Origin: an uncultured delta proteobacterium
Lineage (GTDB): Bacteria; Myxococcota_A; Polyangia; Haliangiales; Haliangiaceae
Direction of reading: 5' to 3'
DNA: 64,000 nt
NCBI GenBank assembly: GCA_963848295.1
Contig: CAWKDB010000010.1
Location: forward strand, 608,001 to 672,000
Shown here: piece by piece, positions 1-10,798 of the stretch
How the letters are laid out: each line of letters begins with the position of its first letter
Position numbering within the stretch: position 1 is the stretch's first letter
Translations under genes and position numbers: made by a program
Notes under the pieces: generated by a model
Seen by the model: only the letters and a program-made list of their open reading frames with translations
What the model was told of the DNA's origin: nothing
The model's database searches: none

Positions 1-671
1 AGCACCTCCTGACCCGCGGCTGCTGCCTGACGCGCGTCGTTGGCTGCTTTGCCCTGTACCGCATGCTCGTTGGCAAGGCGACGCATGACGGTGACTGCCA
101 CGAGCGCGCTCAGGGCCAGCCCGATTCCCGCGATGAGCCCGACGAGCAGCGCGGCGCGACTCGCCTGGTCCCGTGAATGCTCGAGCGCTTCTTCGAAGGA
201 CTCTCGTTCCGAGTGCGCAAGGGTGTCGAGGCGCGTGCGCACCGTTTCGAGTTGCGTGCGCGAATTCTCCACGAACGACCGGAGGGCCTCGTTCGCCGTC
301 GAGCTGTTACGCGCGGCGTCGACGTAGTGATGGATGTCCTCGCGGAGCGTCGCGAGCTCGGTGGCGCTCGCCGGAGAAAGAGGCGTCGCGCGCACCTCGG
401 CGATCTGGGCATCCAGCTCGGCAGTCGCGAGCTCGATGCGTTGGAGATACTCCGGATCGGGACTCATCAAGTAGCCGCGACTAACCGCGACGACGCGCTC
501 GGCGTGAAAGCGCAACCGTTCGATGTGCACGAGCCGGTCGGCATAGTGGCGCGCGAGGCTCGCTTGGCTCGATGCCGTGGCGTGAAGTGCGATCACTGCG
601 AGCGCCGCCGCCGCCAGCGCGACCCCGAACGAAGTTGCGTACCCGACCAAGAGTTGCCGCCGAAATCCCAT
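1..671 (-). CDS. Membrane sensor histidine kinase, N-terminal part (TM - CHASE3-like four-helix sensor - TM); runs off the window edge
   Basis: Own translation from ATG 671: MGFRRQLLVGYATSFGVALAAAALAVIAL...RGYLMSPDPEYL...LLVGLIAGIGLALSALVAVTVMRRL...EVL. Two TM segments flank a helical domain; the frame stays open to position 1. Confidence 0.7.
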   Translation of the reverse strand, partial: MGFRRQLLVGYATSFGVALAAAALAVIALHATASSQASLARHYADRLVHIERLRFHAERVVAVSRGYLMSPDPEYLQRIELATAELDAQIAEVRATPLSPASATELATLREDIHHYVDAARNSSTANEALRSFVENSRTQLETVRTRLDTLAHSERESFEEALEHSRDQASRAALLVGLIAGIGLALSALVAVTVMRRLANEHAVQGKAANDARQAAAAGQEV

Positions 672-692
672 GTTTCACCAGCGGCGAGCGAC

Positions 693-708
693 AGCATGTG
701 CCGTGCCG
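693..708 (-). promoter_or_regulatory. Putative sigma54 (-24/-12) promoter
   Basis: Minus strand CGGCACGGCACATGCT versus consensus TGGCACG-N4-TTGCW; GG-N10-GC spacing correct; about 22 nt upstream of the ATG at 671. Confidence 0.55.
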
Positions 709-1029
709 GCGTCCAACTGCGGTGAACACGTAGCGCGGGTGCCATCGAGCGGGAATTTTTCCGTGACGCCTTGGGAGAAACTCCGGCTCCCGCGCGGGCT
801 CGGTCACCCGTGCACGGGTGGCGCCTCCGGACTGCGAGTCGTGCGGCGGACCAGCGCGAGGAACCTGATCACCTCCATCGTGGCCGACCATGTCAGCCGT
901 CGACTCGATCGCGCGTACCGGCTTGCACCAGGGCGAACATGATCAGCGCCGAGCCGGCGAGCTTGATCGCGGTGATATGACGCGCCAGCAGGGTGTCGAA
1001 CCGAGCCGAGAGGTGACTCGGCCCGCCAG

Positions 1030-1986
1030 CTACGGGGAGGCCTCGAGCTCACCGAGGTGCGTGCAGCCGAGCGCGTTCTTGAGATCGCACGCGCGCTGGA
1101 ACTGGGCTTTCGCCTTCGCGGAGTCGGGCGCGATCTTGCCGACGCCGTGCAGGTAGAGCTGGCCGAGGTTGTCACACGAAGCACCGCCGCCGCGCGCGCA
1201 GACCTGGCCGAACTTGGCGACCGCGACCTCCACGTTGTCGTCGCCACCTTGCTCGAGCGCGATCGCGCCGATGATGTTGCACGCGGCGTCCATCTCCGCG
1301 GCGCACGCCCGTTCGGCGACGGTGCGGGCACGGGGCAGGTCGCGCGGCACCCCATTGCCGCCCATGTACAGCAGCACGGCGAGGTTCGCGCACGCCATCA
1401 TGAACGACTTCTGGCACTGGCCATCGAGGAGCCCGGCCGCGCGCGCCGGGTCCGGGGCCACGCCGATTCCCTGCCAGTAGAACACGCCGACATAGGCGCA
1501 CGACGTCGGGTCGTGCAGCTCGCAGCCGCGCGTCGCGTACTTGAATGCCTTCGGCGGATCGGCGAGGTCGCCCATGCCGTACCCGGTCGCCGCGTTACCG
1601 CATGCCAGCGCTCCACCGAGGTCGCACGATCGCGCGCTCAGGCTCGCCGCCTTCGCGGGATCGGCCGCGACGCCGACCCCGCACTGGTAGCGGATCGACA
1701 GGTCGAAGCAGCCCTCCGCGTCTCCCGCGTCGCAGCCCTTCGTGAACGCGGCCATAGCCTCTGCGTTGCCCTTGATCGTGGAGCACTGGTCGAGGTTGAA
1801 GAACCCGGTGAGCCGGGCGCCGACGGGGCCCGGCGCGGCGGTATTCCCCGACGCGCTCGGGCCTGTGCTCGAGGGCACAGCCGACGCGGAGCCCGCTGCC
1901 GCCGTCGTTGGCTCCTGCGCCACGCGCGGAGTCGCACCACATGCCATCACGATGCAAAGCAGCCAGGGGGTCCGCGCGATCGCCAT
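1030..1986 (-). CDS. Sel1-like repeat (Hcp-type Cys-rich) lipoprotein
   Basis: MAIARTPWLLCIVMAC lipobox; repeated ~36-aa units of the form C-x-LG-x-x-Y-x-x-G-x-GV-x-x-D-x-x-x-A. Confidence 0.85.
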   Translation of the reverse strand: MAIARTPWLLCIVMACGATPRVAQEPTTAAAGSASAVPSSTGPSASGNTAAPGPVGARLTGFFNLDQCSTIKGNAEAMAAFTKGCDAGDAEGCFDLSIRYQCGVGVAADPAKAASLSARSCDLGGALACGNAATGYGMGDLADPPKAFKYATRGCELHDPTSCAYVGVFYWQGIGVAPDPARAAGLLDGQCQKSFMMACANLAVLLYMGGNGVPRDLPRARTVAERACAAEMDAACNIIGAIALEQGGDDNVEVAVAKFGQVCARGGGASCDNLGQLYLHGVGKIAPDSAKAKAQFQRACDLKNALGCTHLGELEASP

Positions 1987-2117
1987 GCGGAACAGTACGC
2001 ACGGGGCATCCGCGGCGGTTGGGCTCGCGACGTTAACTTCACGTGACGGCGCTCCCCCCGAGCGGCGATGGCGACGGTGTCCGCGAGCGCGCAGCGACGC
2101 GCTTGGAACAGCGAACT

Positions 2118-2133
2118 TGGTCGCCAGCTTGCA
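2118..2133 (+). promoter_or_regulatory. Putative sigma54 promoter of the carbonic anhydrase gene
   Basis: TGGTCGCCAGCTTGCA (GG-N10-GC, TTGCA at -12), followed by RBS AAGGAGG and ATG 2159. Confidence 0.45.
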
Positions 2134-2158
2134 GCCGGTTCGAACCAAGGAGGTTTCG

Positions 2159-2659
2159 ATGACCATCATCGACAAAGCGCTGATCGCAAACCAGGCGTAT
2201 GCGAAGAAGTACGATCGAAAGCTGGCGGCCCGACCAGCGCCCAAGATCGCTGTCGTGACGTGCATGGATCCGAGACTTTCAGACCTTCCTGAGATCCTCG
2301 GACTACCGCACGCCGATATCGACGTGATCCGAACCGGCGGGCCAGCGGTCACCGAAGCCGTGCTCGGCGAGCTGATCGTTTCCAACCGGATCCTCGGAAC
2401 GACGGAGATCATGCTCCTCAATCACACGGGCTGCGGCTTCACGACGTTCAGTGACGCCGATCTCAACGCGAAGCTATCAGCGTCGACCGGCGACGCGTCG
2501 CCCGCTCCGATGCGGTTCTTCTCGTTCAAGGACCCCGAGCAGAACACGCGGGAGCAGATCAAGAAGGTCAGGTCACATCCGTGGATCGCCAGAGAGGTTG
2601 CCGTCCGCGGCTTCGTACTCGACCTGGAGACCGGTCTGCTCAGGGAGATCCGCGCGTAG
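2159..2659 (+). CDS. Beta-class carbonic anhydrase (short, clade D-like)
   Basis: Zn ligands CMDPR and HTGC; C-terminal V-x-GFV-x-D-x-x-TG-x-L; strong RBS. Confidence 0.9.
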   Translation: MTIIDKALIANQAYAKKYDRKLAARPAPKIAVVTCMDPRLSDLPEILGLPHADIDVIRTGGPAVTEAVLGELIVSNRILGTTEIMLLNHTGCGFTTFSDADLNAKLSASTGDASPAPMRFFSFKDPEQNTREQIKKVRSHPWIAREVAVRGFVLDLETGLLREIRA

Positions 2660-2716
2660 ATCGAGCGCGGTCGCCCACTGGGCGGCTGCTGCGACCGAGC
2701 ACCTGCGCGCGCATCG
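2659..2716 (+). repeat. Intergenic copy of the GATCG...CATCG hairpin element
   Basis: 58 nt with the same ends and length as the copy at 35373-35430; shares GGCGGC and GCTGC-GACCGAGCAC; stem GCGGTCGCCC/GGGCGGCTGC. Confidence 0.5.
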
Positions 2717-2950
2717 TAACTCTTCCGCTGGACTACCTCACGACCGGCCCGCCCGTTAGCGCGAGGAACGTCGAGGGTTGTGCCGTCGCCGCAGCGGTTA
2801 ACGCCGGCGTATGCGTGACTCCAAACCGCTCGTGGCTGCGCTTGCTCGGGCGCGGTGGCGTTCCGAAGGTCGAGTGGTTCGACCACGGATGTTTGCAGCG
2901 TGTTACTCGAACTAGATGCGACCCGGTATCGATTCCATAGAGTCGCGTCC

Positions 2951-3415
2951 ATGAAGACATCACTTGTTCAGACGCTCGTCTTTGCTACCGCGGTTCTCAC
3001 CGGCTGTGCCGGCAACAACGCCGGCGACTCGCTCTCCACGACGTACGCCGATCTCGTCTCGACGAGCGAGGCTTCGCCCAGCGGCGACATCCAGACCATG
3101 GTCACCCTGGTGTCCGACGACACGCAGGTCGCCACGCTCGACTGGTCGGCGGCGGACCGCACGATCACCTATCAGCCCGCCGATGCGCAGAGCCAGACCT
3201 TCACCACCGACGCCAGTTTGGCAACGCCCACGCTTGACGTCGAGAATGCCAGGGCGGCGGCGATCGTGAACGATGCGTCGTCCGCGACGGATACCGAGGA
3301 TGCCGCCGGCGCCCCGGCGTGCCAGGTTGTCGGGGCCGGCACTGACGGCTGCATGTACTGCTGCAAGATCCCGAACACGAACGGACAAGGACGGGCATGC
3401 ACCACGTGCGGCTAG
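2951..3415 (+). CDS. Hypothetical lipoprotein with a six-Cys C-terminal tail
   Basis: Lipobox LTGC; ends CQVVGAGTDGCMYCCKIPNTNGQGRACTTCG. Confidence 0.7.
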   Translation: MKTSLVQTLVFATAVLTGCAGNNAGDSLSTTYADLVSTSEASPSGDIQTMVTLVSDDTQVATLDWSAADRTITYQPADAQSQTFTTDASLATPTLDVENARAAAIVNDASSATDTEDAAGAPACQVVGAGTDGCMYCCKIPNTNGQGRACTTCG

Positions 3416-3682
3416 GCTGGTCGTAGTGTGCCGTCGACGCGAGAGTGCTTTACGGTCGGCGAGTCACGACCGCGGTCGGAAACCCATCGCGGCGACGCGC
3501 CATCGTCAGTCGCACGACAAGACAGACGCCGACGTAACTCACCACGGCGATCTCCGCGGCGCGAATGCTAGGTCCAAGACGCCGCCGATCGCTGCCAAGT
3601 CGATCACGTGTCAAGCGTAACACTGCTGGTCCGACCGCGCTCGGGCATTGAGGCGGTCCGCGGCCAGAGAGTTAGCCGCTGG

Positions 3683-4093
3683 TCAGGGTGTGAGCTTGAC
3701 GGTGACGTTGCCGCGCGTGGCCTTGGAGTACGGGCACACGGTGTGCGCGGCCTCCATGAGCGCGTGCGCCTGCTCGGTCGGGATCGACTTGAACTCGCCG
3801 TGGAGCTCGACCTCGAGGCGAAAGCTGGTGTCGTCCTTGACGAGCCCGACCTTCGCGGTGATCGCGACCTCGCCGATCGCGACCTTCTGCTGGCGTGCGA
3901 CGAGGCCGAGCGCGCTACCGAAGCACGCGGCATAGCCGGCCGCGAATAGCTGCTCGGGGTTCGTGCCGGTGCCGCCCGGCCCCCCGAGCTCTCTAGGCAT
4001 CGACAAGGACGCGGATAGATGGCCGTCGTCGGTCTTGATCGAGCCGGAACGTCCGTTCGTTGCGGTGGCGACTGCGGTGTAGAGGGCAGACAT
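3683..4093 (-). CDS. ohr: Organic hydroperoxide resistance protein (Ohr/OsmC family)
   Basis: TNPEQLFAAGYAACF and VCPYSKATRGN motifs; RBS AAGGAG. Confidence 0.95.
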   Translation of the reverse strand: MSALYTAVATATNGRSGSIKTDDGHLSASLSMPRELGGPGGTGTNPEQLFAAGYAACFGSALGLVARQQKVAIGEVAITAKVGLVKDDTSFRLEVELHGEFKSIPTEQAHALMEAAHTVCPYSKATRGNVTVKLTP

Positions 4094-4163
4094 ATGATCT
4101 CCTTTTGAACACGCGCAGCTTGCCACGCGCGTTCGCGCATCGCACGAGAGGCGCGCGCTCGGG

Positions 4164-5084
4164 CTACAGCCAGCGCTCGCTCCACGTCCATAGCCGCTGC
4201 GCGATGTCCGGATCGATCGCGTACGGTCGCACGCCGTCGTCGCCCTCGGTCTTGACGACCGCGATGTCGCAGTTCTCGCAATAAACGCCGCCGAGCCCGT
4301 CGAGCTGCGGGCTCGTCGCGCACCACACCGTGGTCGCGGCACCCTCGTCGACCGACTTGAAGCTGCCGATCCGACGCGCGCGCTCGATCACGAGCTTCAT
4401 CTCTTCGGGATCGTAGTTGCGCGCCAGATCGGTCTCGAGGATCGCGCCGGGATGGAGCGCGAACGCGCGGATCCCGTCGCGCTGGTACCGCCGGTCGGCC
4501 TCGACGGCGAACAGCACGTTCGCGGTCTTCGACTGGCCGTAGGCGATCATCTTGTCGTAGGCGCGATGTTCGAAGTTGGGGTCCTCGAAGTCGAACGCCG
4601 AGCGCACGTGACCACGCGACGACAGCGCCACGACCCTCGCGCCCCGGGCGCGTTGCAGCGCGCTGACCAGGCGAGCGAACAGCCGGAAGTGCCCGACGTG
4701 ATTCACGGCGAGCTGCGACTCGAGCCCGCGCGAGTCGCGCGACAGCGGCGCCGCCATGATCCCGGCGTTGTTGATCAACAGATGCAACGGGCGGTCGCCA
4801 AACCGGTCCGCGAACGCATCGATCGTCGCCGGCACGCCGAGGTCGAGGTCATCGATCGTCACGTTCGCGAGCCCGGCGAGCGCGGCGTTCGCCTTCGCGC
4901 GATCGCGCGCCGGGACGATCACGTGCGCACCGGCCGCGGCGAGCACGCGAGTGGTGACGAGGCCGATCCCGGCGTAGCCGCCGGTGACGATCGCGGTGGT
5001 GCCGTCGAGGCGGCGCGCACCGATGACCTCGCGCGCGCCGGTGTGCGCGCCGAAACCCGAAGGAAGTGGTTGCTGCGCAGGCAT
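4164..5084 (-). CDS. Short-chain dehydrogenase/reductase (retinol dehydrogenase-like)
   Basis: TGGYAGIG, NNAG, YGQSK (YxxxK), HPG. Confidence 0.9.
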   Translation of the reverse strand: MPAQQPLPSGFGAHTGAREVIGARRLDGTTAIVTGGYAGIGLVTTRVLAAAGAHVIVPARDRAKANAALAGLANVTIDDLDLGVPATIDAFADRFGDRPLHLLINNAGIMAAPLSRDSRGLESQLAVNHVGHFRLFARLVSALQRARGARVVALSSRGHVRSAFDFEDPNFEHRAYDKMIAYGQSKTANVLFAVEADRRYQRDGIRAFALHPGAILETDLARNYDPEEMKLVIERARRIGSFKSVDEGAATTVWCATSPQLDGLGGVYCENCDIAVVKTEGDDGVRPYAIDPDIAQRLWTWSERWL

Positions 5085-5096
5085 GGAATCCTTCGG

Positions 5097-5510
5097 CTAG
5101 GGTCGATGCTCGAGAGGTTCGATCGAGGGTTCTTCGAGGATCGCCTGCAACGCTGTCGCCATCGCGCTGATACGCGCGTCGACCGCGATGCCGTGGCGCC
5201 GCGCCAGCCACGCCGGATCGTTGTACGCGAGCCAGGTCTGCTCGTGCGCGTCGCGCCACACGAGCACGCGGTGCGGCAGATCGATGCCGATCGTCTGCGT
5301 CGACTGCATCAGCATCGTTCCGACGCGCGCGTCGCCGAACATGACGAGCGTGGTCGGGCGCAACTCGAGCCCGGCACCGGCGGCATTCGCGGCATGATCG
5401 ACGCGCGCGAACACGGTCATGCCGCGCGCGCGGATGGTCGCTTCGAGCCGTTCGACCGCGAGCTCGACGCGCAGCCCGCTTGCGATGGCGATCATTCCGT
5501 CGGGTGTCAT
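5097..5510 (-). CDS. DUF302 domain protein
   Basis: F-x-R-x-DH-x-x-x-A and GT-x-LMQ...GIDLP-x-RVL-x-W...YNDP pattern. Confidence 0.85.
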   Translation of the reverse strand: MTPDGMIAIASGLRVELAVERLEATIRARGMTVFARVDHAANAAGAGLELRPTTLVMFGDARVGTMLMQSTQTIGIDLPHRVLVWRDAHEQTWLAYNDPAWLARRHGIAVDARISAMATALQAILEEPSIEPLEHRP

Positions 5511-5892
5511 TGGCGACAACTCATAGCACGTACGCCGAAGCCGTCGTCGGCGCGGACCCGGGGCGACTCGAAGTCGCTGCGCTCGTGAACTGCCAGGTCC
5601 GGCACGACTGCCATCGTTGGCAGAGGGGTCGTCGACGAAACGCGCGGTTGCGCTGGCACGACAGCTGCTCTCGTCGGGAGCGCATGATGTCCAGATTCAT
5701 TGCGTGGCCGCCGGCGGATTCGACCAGCAGGGCAAGAGCACCGAGTCGACCGGCGGCCTGTAGCACGCGTGCGTCGAGCGTGATCACGCCCACGCGCGAG
5801 GCCGCGTGACATGACGCGAGCCTCGTGCTGCCACGTTACAATTCGCAGCTTGATCGGGTGCGCACACAGTCTTAACGAGGGGTCAGCGAGCC

Positions 5893-5908
5893 TGGCGCGA
5901 AGATCGCG
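5893..5908 (+). promoter_or_regulatory. Possible sigma54 promoter
   Basis: TGGCGCGAAGATCGCG, GG-N10-GC spacing, about 40 nt upstream of the lipoprotein gene. Confidence 0.3.
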
Positions 5909-5945
5909 CTGGCTGTTCCGAGGGCGACACTCCGCCCGAAGGTGA

Positions 5946-6509
5946 ATGATGCGACCCATCTCCCTGTTCGTGATCCTGACGGTGGCCGCGGGTTGCGGCG
6001 CGAGCGCCCGAGATTCCAGCGACGCCTCCAGCGGCGATGCCGGTGTTCCGCCCGGCGCCAAGCGGGTGTTCGTGACCTCGGCGAGGTATGCCGGGGACGC
6101 GGTCAGCGTCTGCTCCACCGTCGCACTATCTGCAGGCTTCGCCGGCACGTGGACGCCCTGGCTATCTTGGGCCACCGGCATCACGCCGCACGATGCCATC
6201 GGCTTCGTCATGGGAAGTGGCCCGTGGTACTTGCTGGACGGGCGCGTCGCGTTCGCCAACGCGGCGCAGCTGGCAAGTGTGCCGAGCGTGCCGATCGAGA
6301 TCACCGAGCAGGGCGCGCAGGTCACGGACGACCCGGTCTGGACGGGCACGATGACCGGCGGCGATCATAGCGGCACCGACTGCGATGACTGGTCGGTAAC
6401 GACGTTGACCGGAGATCAGGGCTCCGCGACGTCGACGGCGGAGTGGACCGCCTCGGTCACCGGCGTGGCGTGCAGCGCGACCGCACACGTGTACTGCTTC
6501 GAGGAGTAG
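5946..6509 (+). CDS. Lipoprotein with DUF1554/endostatin-like (Len-type) domain
   Basis: Lipobox AAGC; RVFVTS-x-x-Y-x-G, C...A...G-x-W-x-x-WLS, VWTGT, C-x-x-W and terminal YCFE. Confidence 0.7.
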   Translation: MMRPISLFVILTVAAGCGASARDSSDASSGDAGVPPGAKRVFVTSARYAGDAVSVCSTVALSAGFAGTWTPWLSWATGITPHDAIGFVMGSGPWYLLDGRVAFANAAQLASVPSVPIEITEQGAQVTDDPVWTGTMTGGDHSGTDCDDWSVTTLTGDQGSATSTAEWTASVTGVACSATAHVYCFEE

Positions 6510-6531
6510 TCCGGCCGACGAGACTTCGAGC

Positions 6532-7512
6532 TCAGTCGCGCGGCAACAACACGAGCTTGCCCGTCATCCGTCCGGTCTGGCTCTGGCGATGCGCGTCCTC
6601 GACCTCCGCGAGCGGCATGCGCGCGGCGATGTTCACGACGACGTGCTTCGCCGCCACGGCATCGACGACCGAGCCCAAGCGCGTGCGGGTCGCCTTGCCG
6701 AGGATCGCGCGCGACCGGAACGGCGGCACGAACATCTGCAACATCGCCGAAGGCGAATCGCCCGCGACCATCACGTGGCGCCCGCTCGGGGCGAGCAACG
6801 ATCGGCACCGCGAGGCGGAATAGCTGCCGGTACAATCCACGATGACGTCGAACGGGCCGTGCAGCCTCGCCTGCTCGAGCGGGTCTCCGGCCTTGTAGTC
6901 GATCGCGATGTCGGCGCCGAGCCCGCGGACGAGCGAGCCGTTCGCTCCGGAGCACACGCCGACGACCATCGCGGCGTTGCACGAATGCTTCGCGATCTGC
7001 ACCGCGAACTGGCCGACGCCACCCGATGCGCCGAGGACGAGCGCGCTGCGATCGGCGGTCATCCGCCGAAACTCGGTCAGCGCCATCCACGCCGTCACCC
7101 CGGCGACGGGGAGCGCGCTCGCGGCGTCGAACGGGACGCTGTCGGGCAGCGCGCAGACTTGATCCGCGGCGACGACGACGGTGTCGGCGTAGCTGCCGTG
7201 CTGACCGCGCGCGAAGTTGGTGCCGCCGACCACGCGTTGACCGACGACGAGGTCGCGGACATTCGAGCCCACCGCCTCGATCAGACCGGCGAAGTCGATG
7301 CCTAGGATGATCGGTCCGCGGGGCCCGCGCAGCGGTCGGATCGCGCGCGCCGCGAGCCGGAGCGGGCCGCTGCTGCGCATCTTCCAGTCGACCGGGTTGA
7401 CGCCGGCCGCGTGGACCGCCACGCGCACCTGGTTGTGGTGCGGCTCCGGCGTCGGCAATTCGACGCGCACGAGCTCCTTGCTTCCCCACGACTCGAGCGC
7501 CATCGCGTACAT
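6532..7512 (-). CDS. Zn-independent MDR-family NAD(P) oxidoreductase (quinone reductase-like)
   Basis: [22 protein letters not shown]. Confidence 0.9.
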   Translation of the reverse strand: MYAMALESWGSKELVRVELPTPEPHHNQVRVAVHAAGVNPVDWKMRSSGPLRLAARAIRPLRGPRGPIILGIDFAGLIEAVGSNVRDLVVGQRVVGGTNFARGQHGSYADTVVVAADQVCALPDSVPFDAASALPVAGVTAWMALTEFRRMTADRSALVLGASGGVGQFAVQIAKHSCNAAMVVGVCSGANGSLVRGLGADIAIDYKAGDPLEQARLHGPFDVIVDCTGSYSASRCRSLLAPSGRHVMVAGDSPSAMLQMFVPPFRSRAILGKATRTRLGSVVDAVAAKHVVVNIAARMPLAEVEDAHRQSQTGRMTGKLVLLPRD

Positions 7513-7733
7513 GGGGCGAGATGATACAGCTTTGGCGGACCGTCGCAGACGTCGGCTGGGAGGTCGCCGACAGTGATGCCACGGCGATCGGCGACTCACC
7601 GGATCGCGTGGAGCGGACCTGCGAGAATCTCGTGCGCGCTAGCGACGAGCTTATCAGCCGTGCGAACTCGGCCATTTTCACTGGCGGCATGATCGCCGGC
7701 GACTTACCGTCTGACAAACCTCGGGAGGGACAC

Positions 7734-10355
7734 GTGGCGGCGCCGACGTTCGACGACATCTTGGGCGTGATGGCGACGGCTTCTCGCGGGCGCGTCGATG
7801 CTCGCGTGTCCCTGCCAGAACCGCCCGAAGTCGACGATCTCCCGACTCGGGTCGGAGTTGCCCTCAACGTGTTGCTCGATGATCTCTCGGCTCGCGCGCG
7901 AGCCGCGGAACAGCTCGCCGCGCGCCTGCGGATCCTGGCCGAAGCGGCGCGCGACTTCTCCGCCGCTACGCAGGACGCCGAGCGGCTGCTCGACGCGATC
8001 GCCAGCCGGTTGACCGACGTCGTCGCAGAGCAATGTGTCGTCCTGCTGGTCTCGGAGGATGGACGCGAGCTCGTCTCCGCCGTCATCCGCGGGGTCGATG
8101 CCGACGCCGAGCGACGCGCGCGCGAGTTGTTCTCGGGTCCGTTTCCGCTAGATGGAGACTCGCTCGCCAGGCGCGTGCACGACCGCGGCGAATTGTTCGT
8201 CGCGGCCACGCTCGACAACGACGAGCTCCGATCGCACTCGCGACCCGATCGATACGCCACCGCCCGGGCCATCGGGCTGCACAGCCTCATGATGGTACCG
8301 CTCCGCTTCCATTCGCGTTCGCTCGGACAGCTCGTGCTGGCGCGCTATCGAGCCGAGAGCCCGGCGTTCGACGAACATGACGAGCACCTCGTCCGTGCCC
8401 TCGCCGACCATGCCGCGATCGCGATCGCGAACTCGCATTCGTACGCCGCCGAGCGCGCGGCACGCGAGGCCGCCGAGAACGCTCGGAGAGCGCGCCGCCA
8501 AGCGGAGGCTCGGTTCGCTCGACTCGCCGATTCGGGAACCATCGGCATCCTGGTCGCGGACGGACACGGACGCATCCTCGAAGTCAACGACGCCGTGCTC
8601 GAGCTCGTCGGTTACACCCGGGACGAGGTGTTGTCGGGGCGCGTCCCATGGGCCGCGCTCACCGCGCCGGGTTGGAGCGCCGTCGATACGCGAGCGAGCG
8701 AGCAACTCGCGAGCTCCGGCATCGCCGGGCTGCGCGAGAAGGAGTACCTCCACAAGAGCGGCCGGCGGGTCCCGGTCTTGATCGGATCGGCGTCGCTCGG
8801 CGGCGACGCGAACGAGTCGATCTCGTTCGTCCTCGATCTGACCGAGCGCAAGGCGGCGGCCGCGGCGATGGAGCGGCTGCGCGAGGAACGCGCCGCGGAC
8901 GCGAAGTTTCGCGGCCTGCTCGAAGCCGCGCCCGACGCGATGGTCATCGTCGGCGACACCGGCGCCATCGAGGTCGTCAACGGTCAGGTCGAAGCCCTGT
9001 TCGGATACCGCCGCGACGAGATCGTCGGGCAACAGATCGAGATCCTGATCCCGGAGCGCTTCCGGCAGGCGCATGTCGGCCGTCGCACCGGCTATCTGCA
9101 GCGTCCGAACACCCGCGTCATGGGCATCGACCTCGAGCTCTACGGCCGTCGCAAGGACGGAACCGAGTTTCCCATCGAAGTGAGCCTGAGCCCGCTCGAG
9201 ACCGAACATGGCCTGTTGATCTCGAGCGCGATTCGCGACGTCACCGAGCGCAAGAAGACGGAGCTGCAACGCTCCCGCCTCGCCGCGATCGTCGATGCCT
9301 CCGACGACGCGATCATCGGCAAGTCTCTCGACGGCACGATCACGAGCTGGAACGACGGAGCCCACCACCTGTTCGGCTACACCGCCGACGAGATCGTCGG
9401 CAAGTCGATCACCTTGCTGATTCCCGAAGGGCGCGAGGCCGAGGAGGTCGCGATCCTGCAGACGCTCGCGCGCGGTGAGGTCCGGCGCTTCGAGACGGTG
9501 AGGCGCCGAAAAGACGGTCGACATGTCGAGGTTTCGGTCACGTCGTCGCCGGTGCGTGACCCTGCCGGCCGCGTCGTCGGCGTCTCGAAGGTCGCCCGTG
9601 ACATCACGGAGCGCCGGCGCAGCGAGGGCGAGCTCGCGCGCGCGAAAGAGGCGGCCGAGGCGTCGAACCGCGAGCTGGAGGCGTTCAGCTATTCGGTTGC
9701 CCACGACCTACGGGCCCCGCTGCGCGGGATGAACGGGTTCGCGCAGCTGCTGCTCGATGACTATGGGACGAAGTTCGACGACGAGGGTCGCGACTGGCTG
9801 TCCGAGATCCTCAACAACGCGAAGAAGATGGGCTCGCTGATCGACGCGTTGTTATCGCTCTCGCGCGTGACGAGGAGCGGGATCCGCCGCGTCGCGGTCG
9901 ATCTCTCGAAGGTCGTGCGCGCTGCGGCAAATCAACTCTCGGCGACCGAGCCCGACCGCTCGGTCGAATGGGTCATCGAGGATCACTTGCGAGCGGACTT
10001 CGATCCGAACCTCGCGCGCGCCCTGATCGACAACCTCGTCGGCAACGCGTGGAAGTTCACATCGAAGCGCCGCGAAGCTCGGATCGAGTTCGGCGAAGCC
10101 ACGAACGATGGGGCCCGAGCGTTCTACGTCCGCGACAACGGCGCCGGGTTCGACATGGCCTACGCGGAGAAGCTGTTCGCGCCGTTTCAGAGACTTCACA
10201 CGACCCAGGAGTTCGACGGCACCGGCATCGGGCTCGCGACGGTACAGCGCATCGTCCGGCGACACGGCGGACGGATCTGGGCCGAGGGCACGGTCGATCG
10301 CGGAGCGACGTTCTGGTTTTCGGTTCCCGAAATGCAACCGGAGCGATACGAATGA
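7734..10355 (+). CDS. GAF + 3 PAS sensor histidine kinase
   Basis: GTG start after GGAGG; H-box [35 protein letters not shown]; three PAS/PAC repeats. Confidence 0.92.
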   Translation: MAAPTFDDILGVMATASRGRVDARVSLPEPPEVDDLPTRVGVALNVLLDDLSARARAAEQLAARLRILAEAARDFSAATQDAERLLDAIASRLTDVVAEQCVVLLVSEDGRELVSAVIRGVDADAERRARELFSGPFPLDGDSLARRVHDRGELFVAATLDNDELRSHSRPDRYATARAIGLHSLMMVPLRFHSRSLGQLVLARYRAESPAFDEHDEHLVRALADHAAIAIANSHSYAAERAAREAAENARRARRQAEARFARLADSGTIGILVADGHGRILEVNDAVLELVGYTRDEVLSGRVPWAALTAPGWSAVDTRASEQLASSGIAGLREKEYLHKSGRRVPVLIGSASLGGDANESISFVLDLTERKAAAAAMERLREERAADAKFRGLLEAAPDAMVIVGDTGAIEVVNGQVEALFGYRRDEIVGQQIEILIPERFRQAHVGRRTGYLQRPNTRVMGIDLELYGRRKDGTEFPIEVSLSPLETEHGLLISSAIRDVTERKKTELQRSRLAAIVDASDDAIIGKSLDGTITSWNDGAHHLFGYTADEIVGKSITLLIPEGREAEEVAILQTLARGEVRRFETVRRRKDGRHVEVSVTSSPVRDPAGRVVGVSKVARDITERRRSEGELARAKEAAEASNRELEAFSYSVAHDLRAPLRGMNGFAQLLLDDYGTKFDDEGRDWLSEILNNAKKMGSLIDALLSLSRVTRSGIRRVAVDLSKVVRAAANQLSATEPDRSVEWVIEDHLRADFDPNLARALIDNLVGNAWKFTSKRREARIEFGEATNDGARAFYVRDNGAGFDMAYAEKLFAPFQRLHTTQEFDGTGIGLATVQRIVRRHGGRIWAEGTVDRGATFWFSVPEMQPERYE

Positions 10356-10798
10356 GCAAGACCATCCTCCTCGTCGAGGACAACCCGAGCGACGAGAAGT
10401 TAACGCTGCTCGCTTTCAAGAACTGCGGCGTCGCGAACGACGTCGTCGTCGAACGCGATGGGGCGGCGGCGCTCGACTACCTGTTCGCGACCGGCCCACA
10501 CAGCGGACGTGACACGACCGCGCTACCCACGGTCGTGCTCCTCGACCTCAACCTGCCGAAGATCGACGGCCTCGAGGTTCTTCGTCGCGTCCGGGCCGAC
10601 GAACGGACTCACCTGTTGCCGGTCGTCGTCCTCACGTCGTCGAAGGAGGACGAGGACATCGTCCGCAGCTTCACGCTGGGAGCGAACGCCTATGTTCGGA
10701 AGCCCGTGGACTTCACCGAGTTCGTCGCCGCAGCCAAGACCCTCGGCCTGTTCTGGCTGCTGTTGAACGAAGCACCCGCTGCGAAGCGACTGCCGTGA
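10352..10798 (+). CDS. Single-domain response regulator (Rcp-type)
   Basis: [31 protein letters not shown] overlap with the kinase. Confidence 0.93.
   Translation: MSKTILLVEDNPSDEKLTLLAFKNCGVANDVVVERDGAAALDYLFATGPHSGRDTTALPTVVLLDLNLPKIDGLEVLRRVRADERTHLLPVVVLTSSKEDEDIVRSFTLGANAYVRKPVDFTEFVAAAKTLGLFWLLLNEAPAAKRLP

Noticed and set aside
2874..2886. GGTTCGA tRNA T-loop-like hairpin
   Set aside because: No surrounding cloverleaf.
5521..5793. Small ORFs between the DUF302 and lipoprotein genes
   Set aside because: No frame gives recognisable motifs or a convincing start.
6416..8290. Many long antisense or off-frame ORFs (this one, 8148-9704, 52472-54730, 61264-63045 and others)
   Set aside because: Shadow ORFs expected in very GC-rich DNA. 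They have no motifs and overlap well-supported genes.
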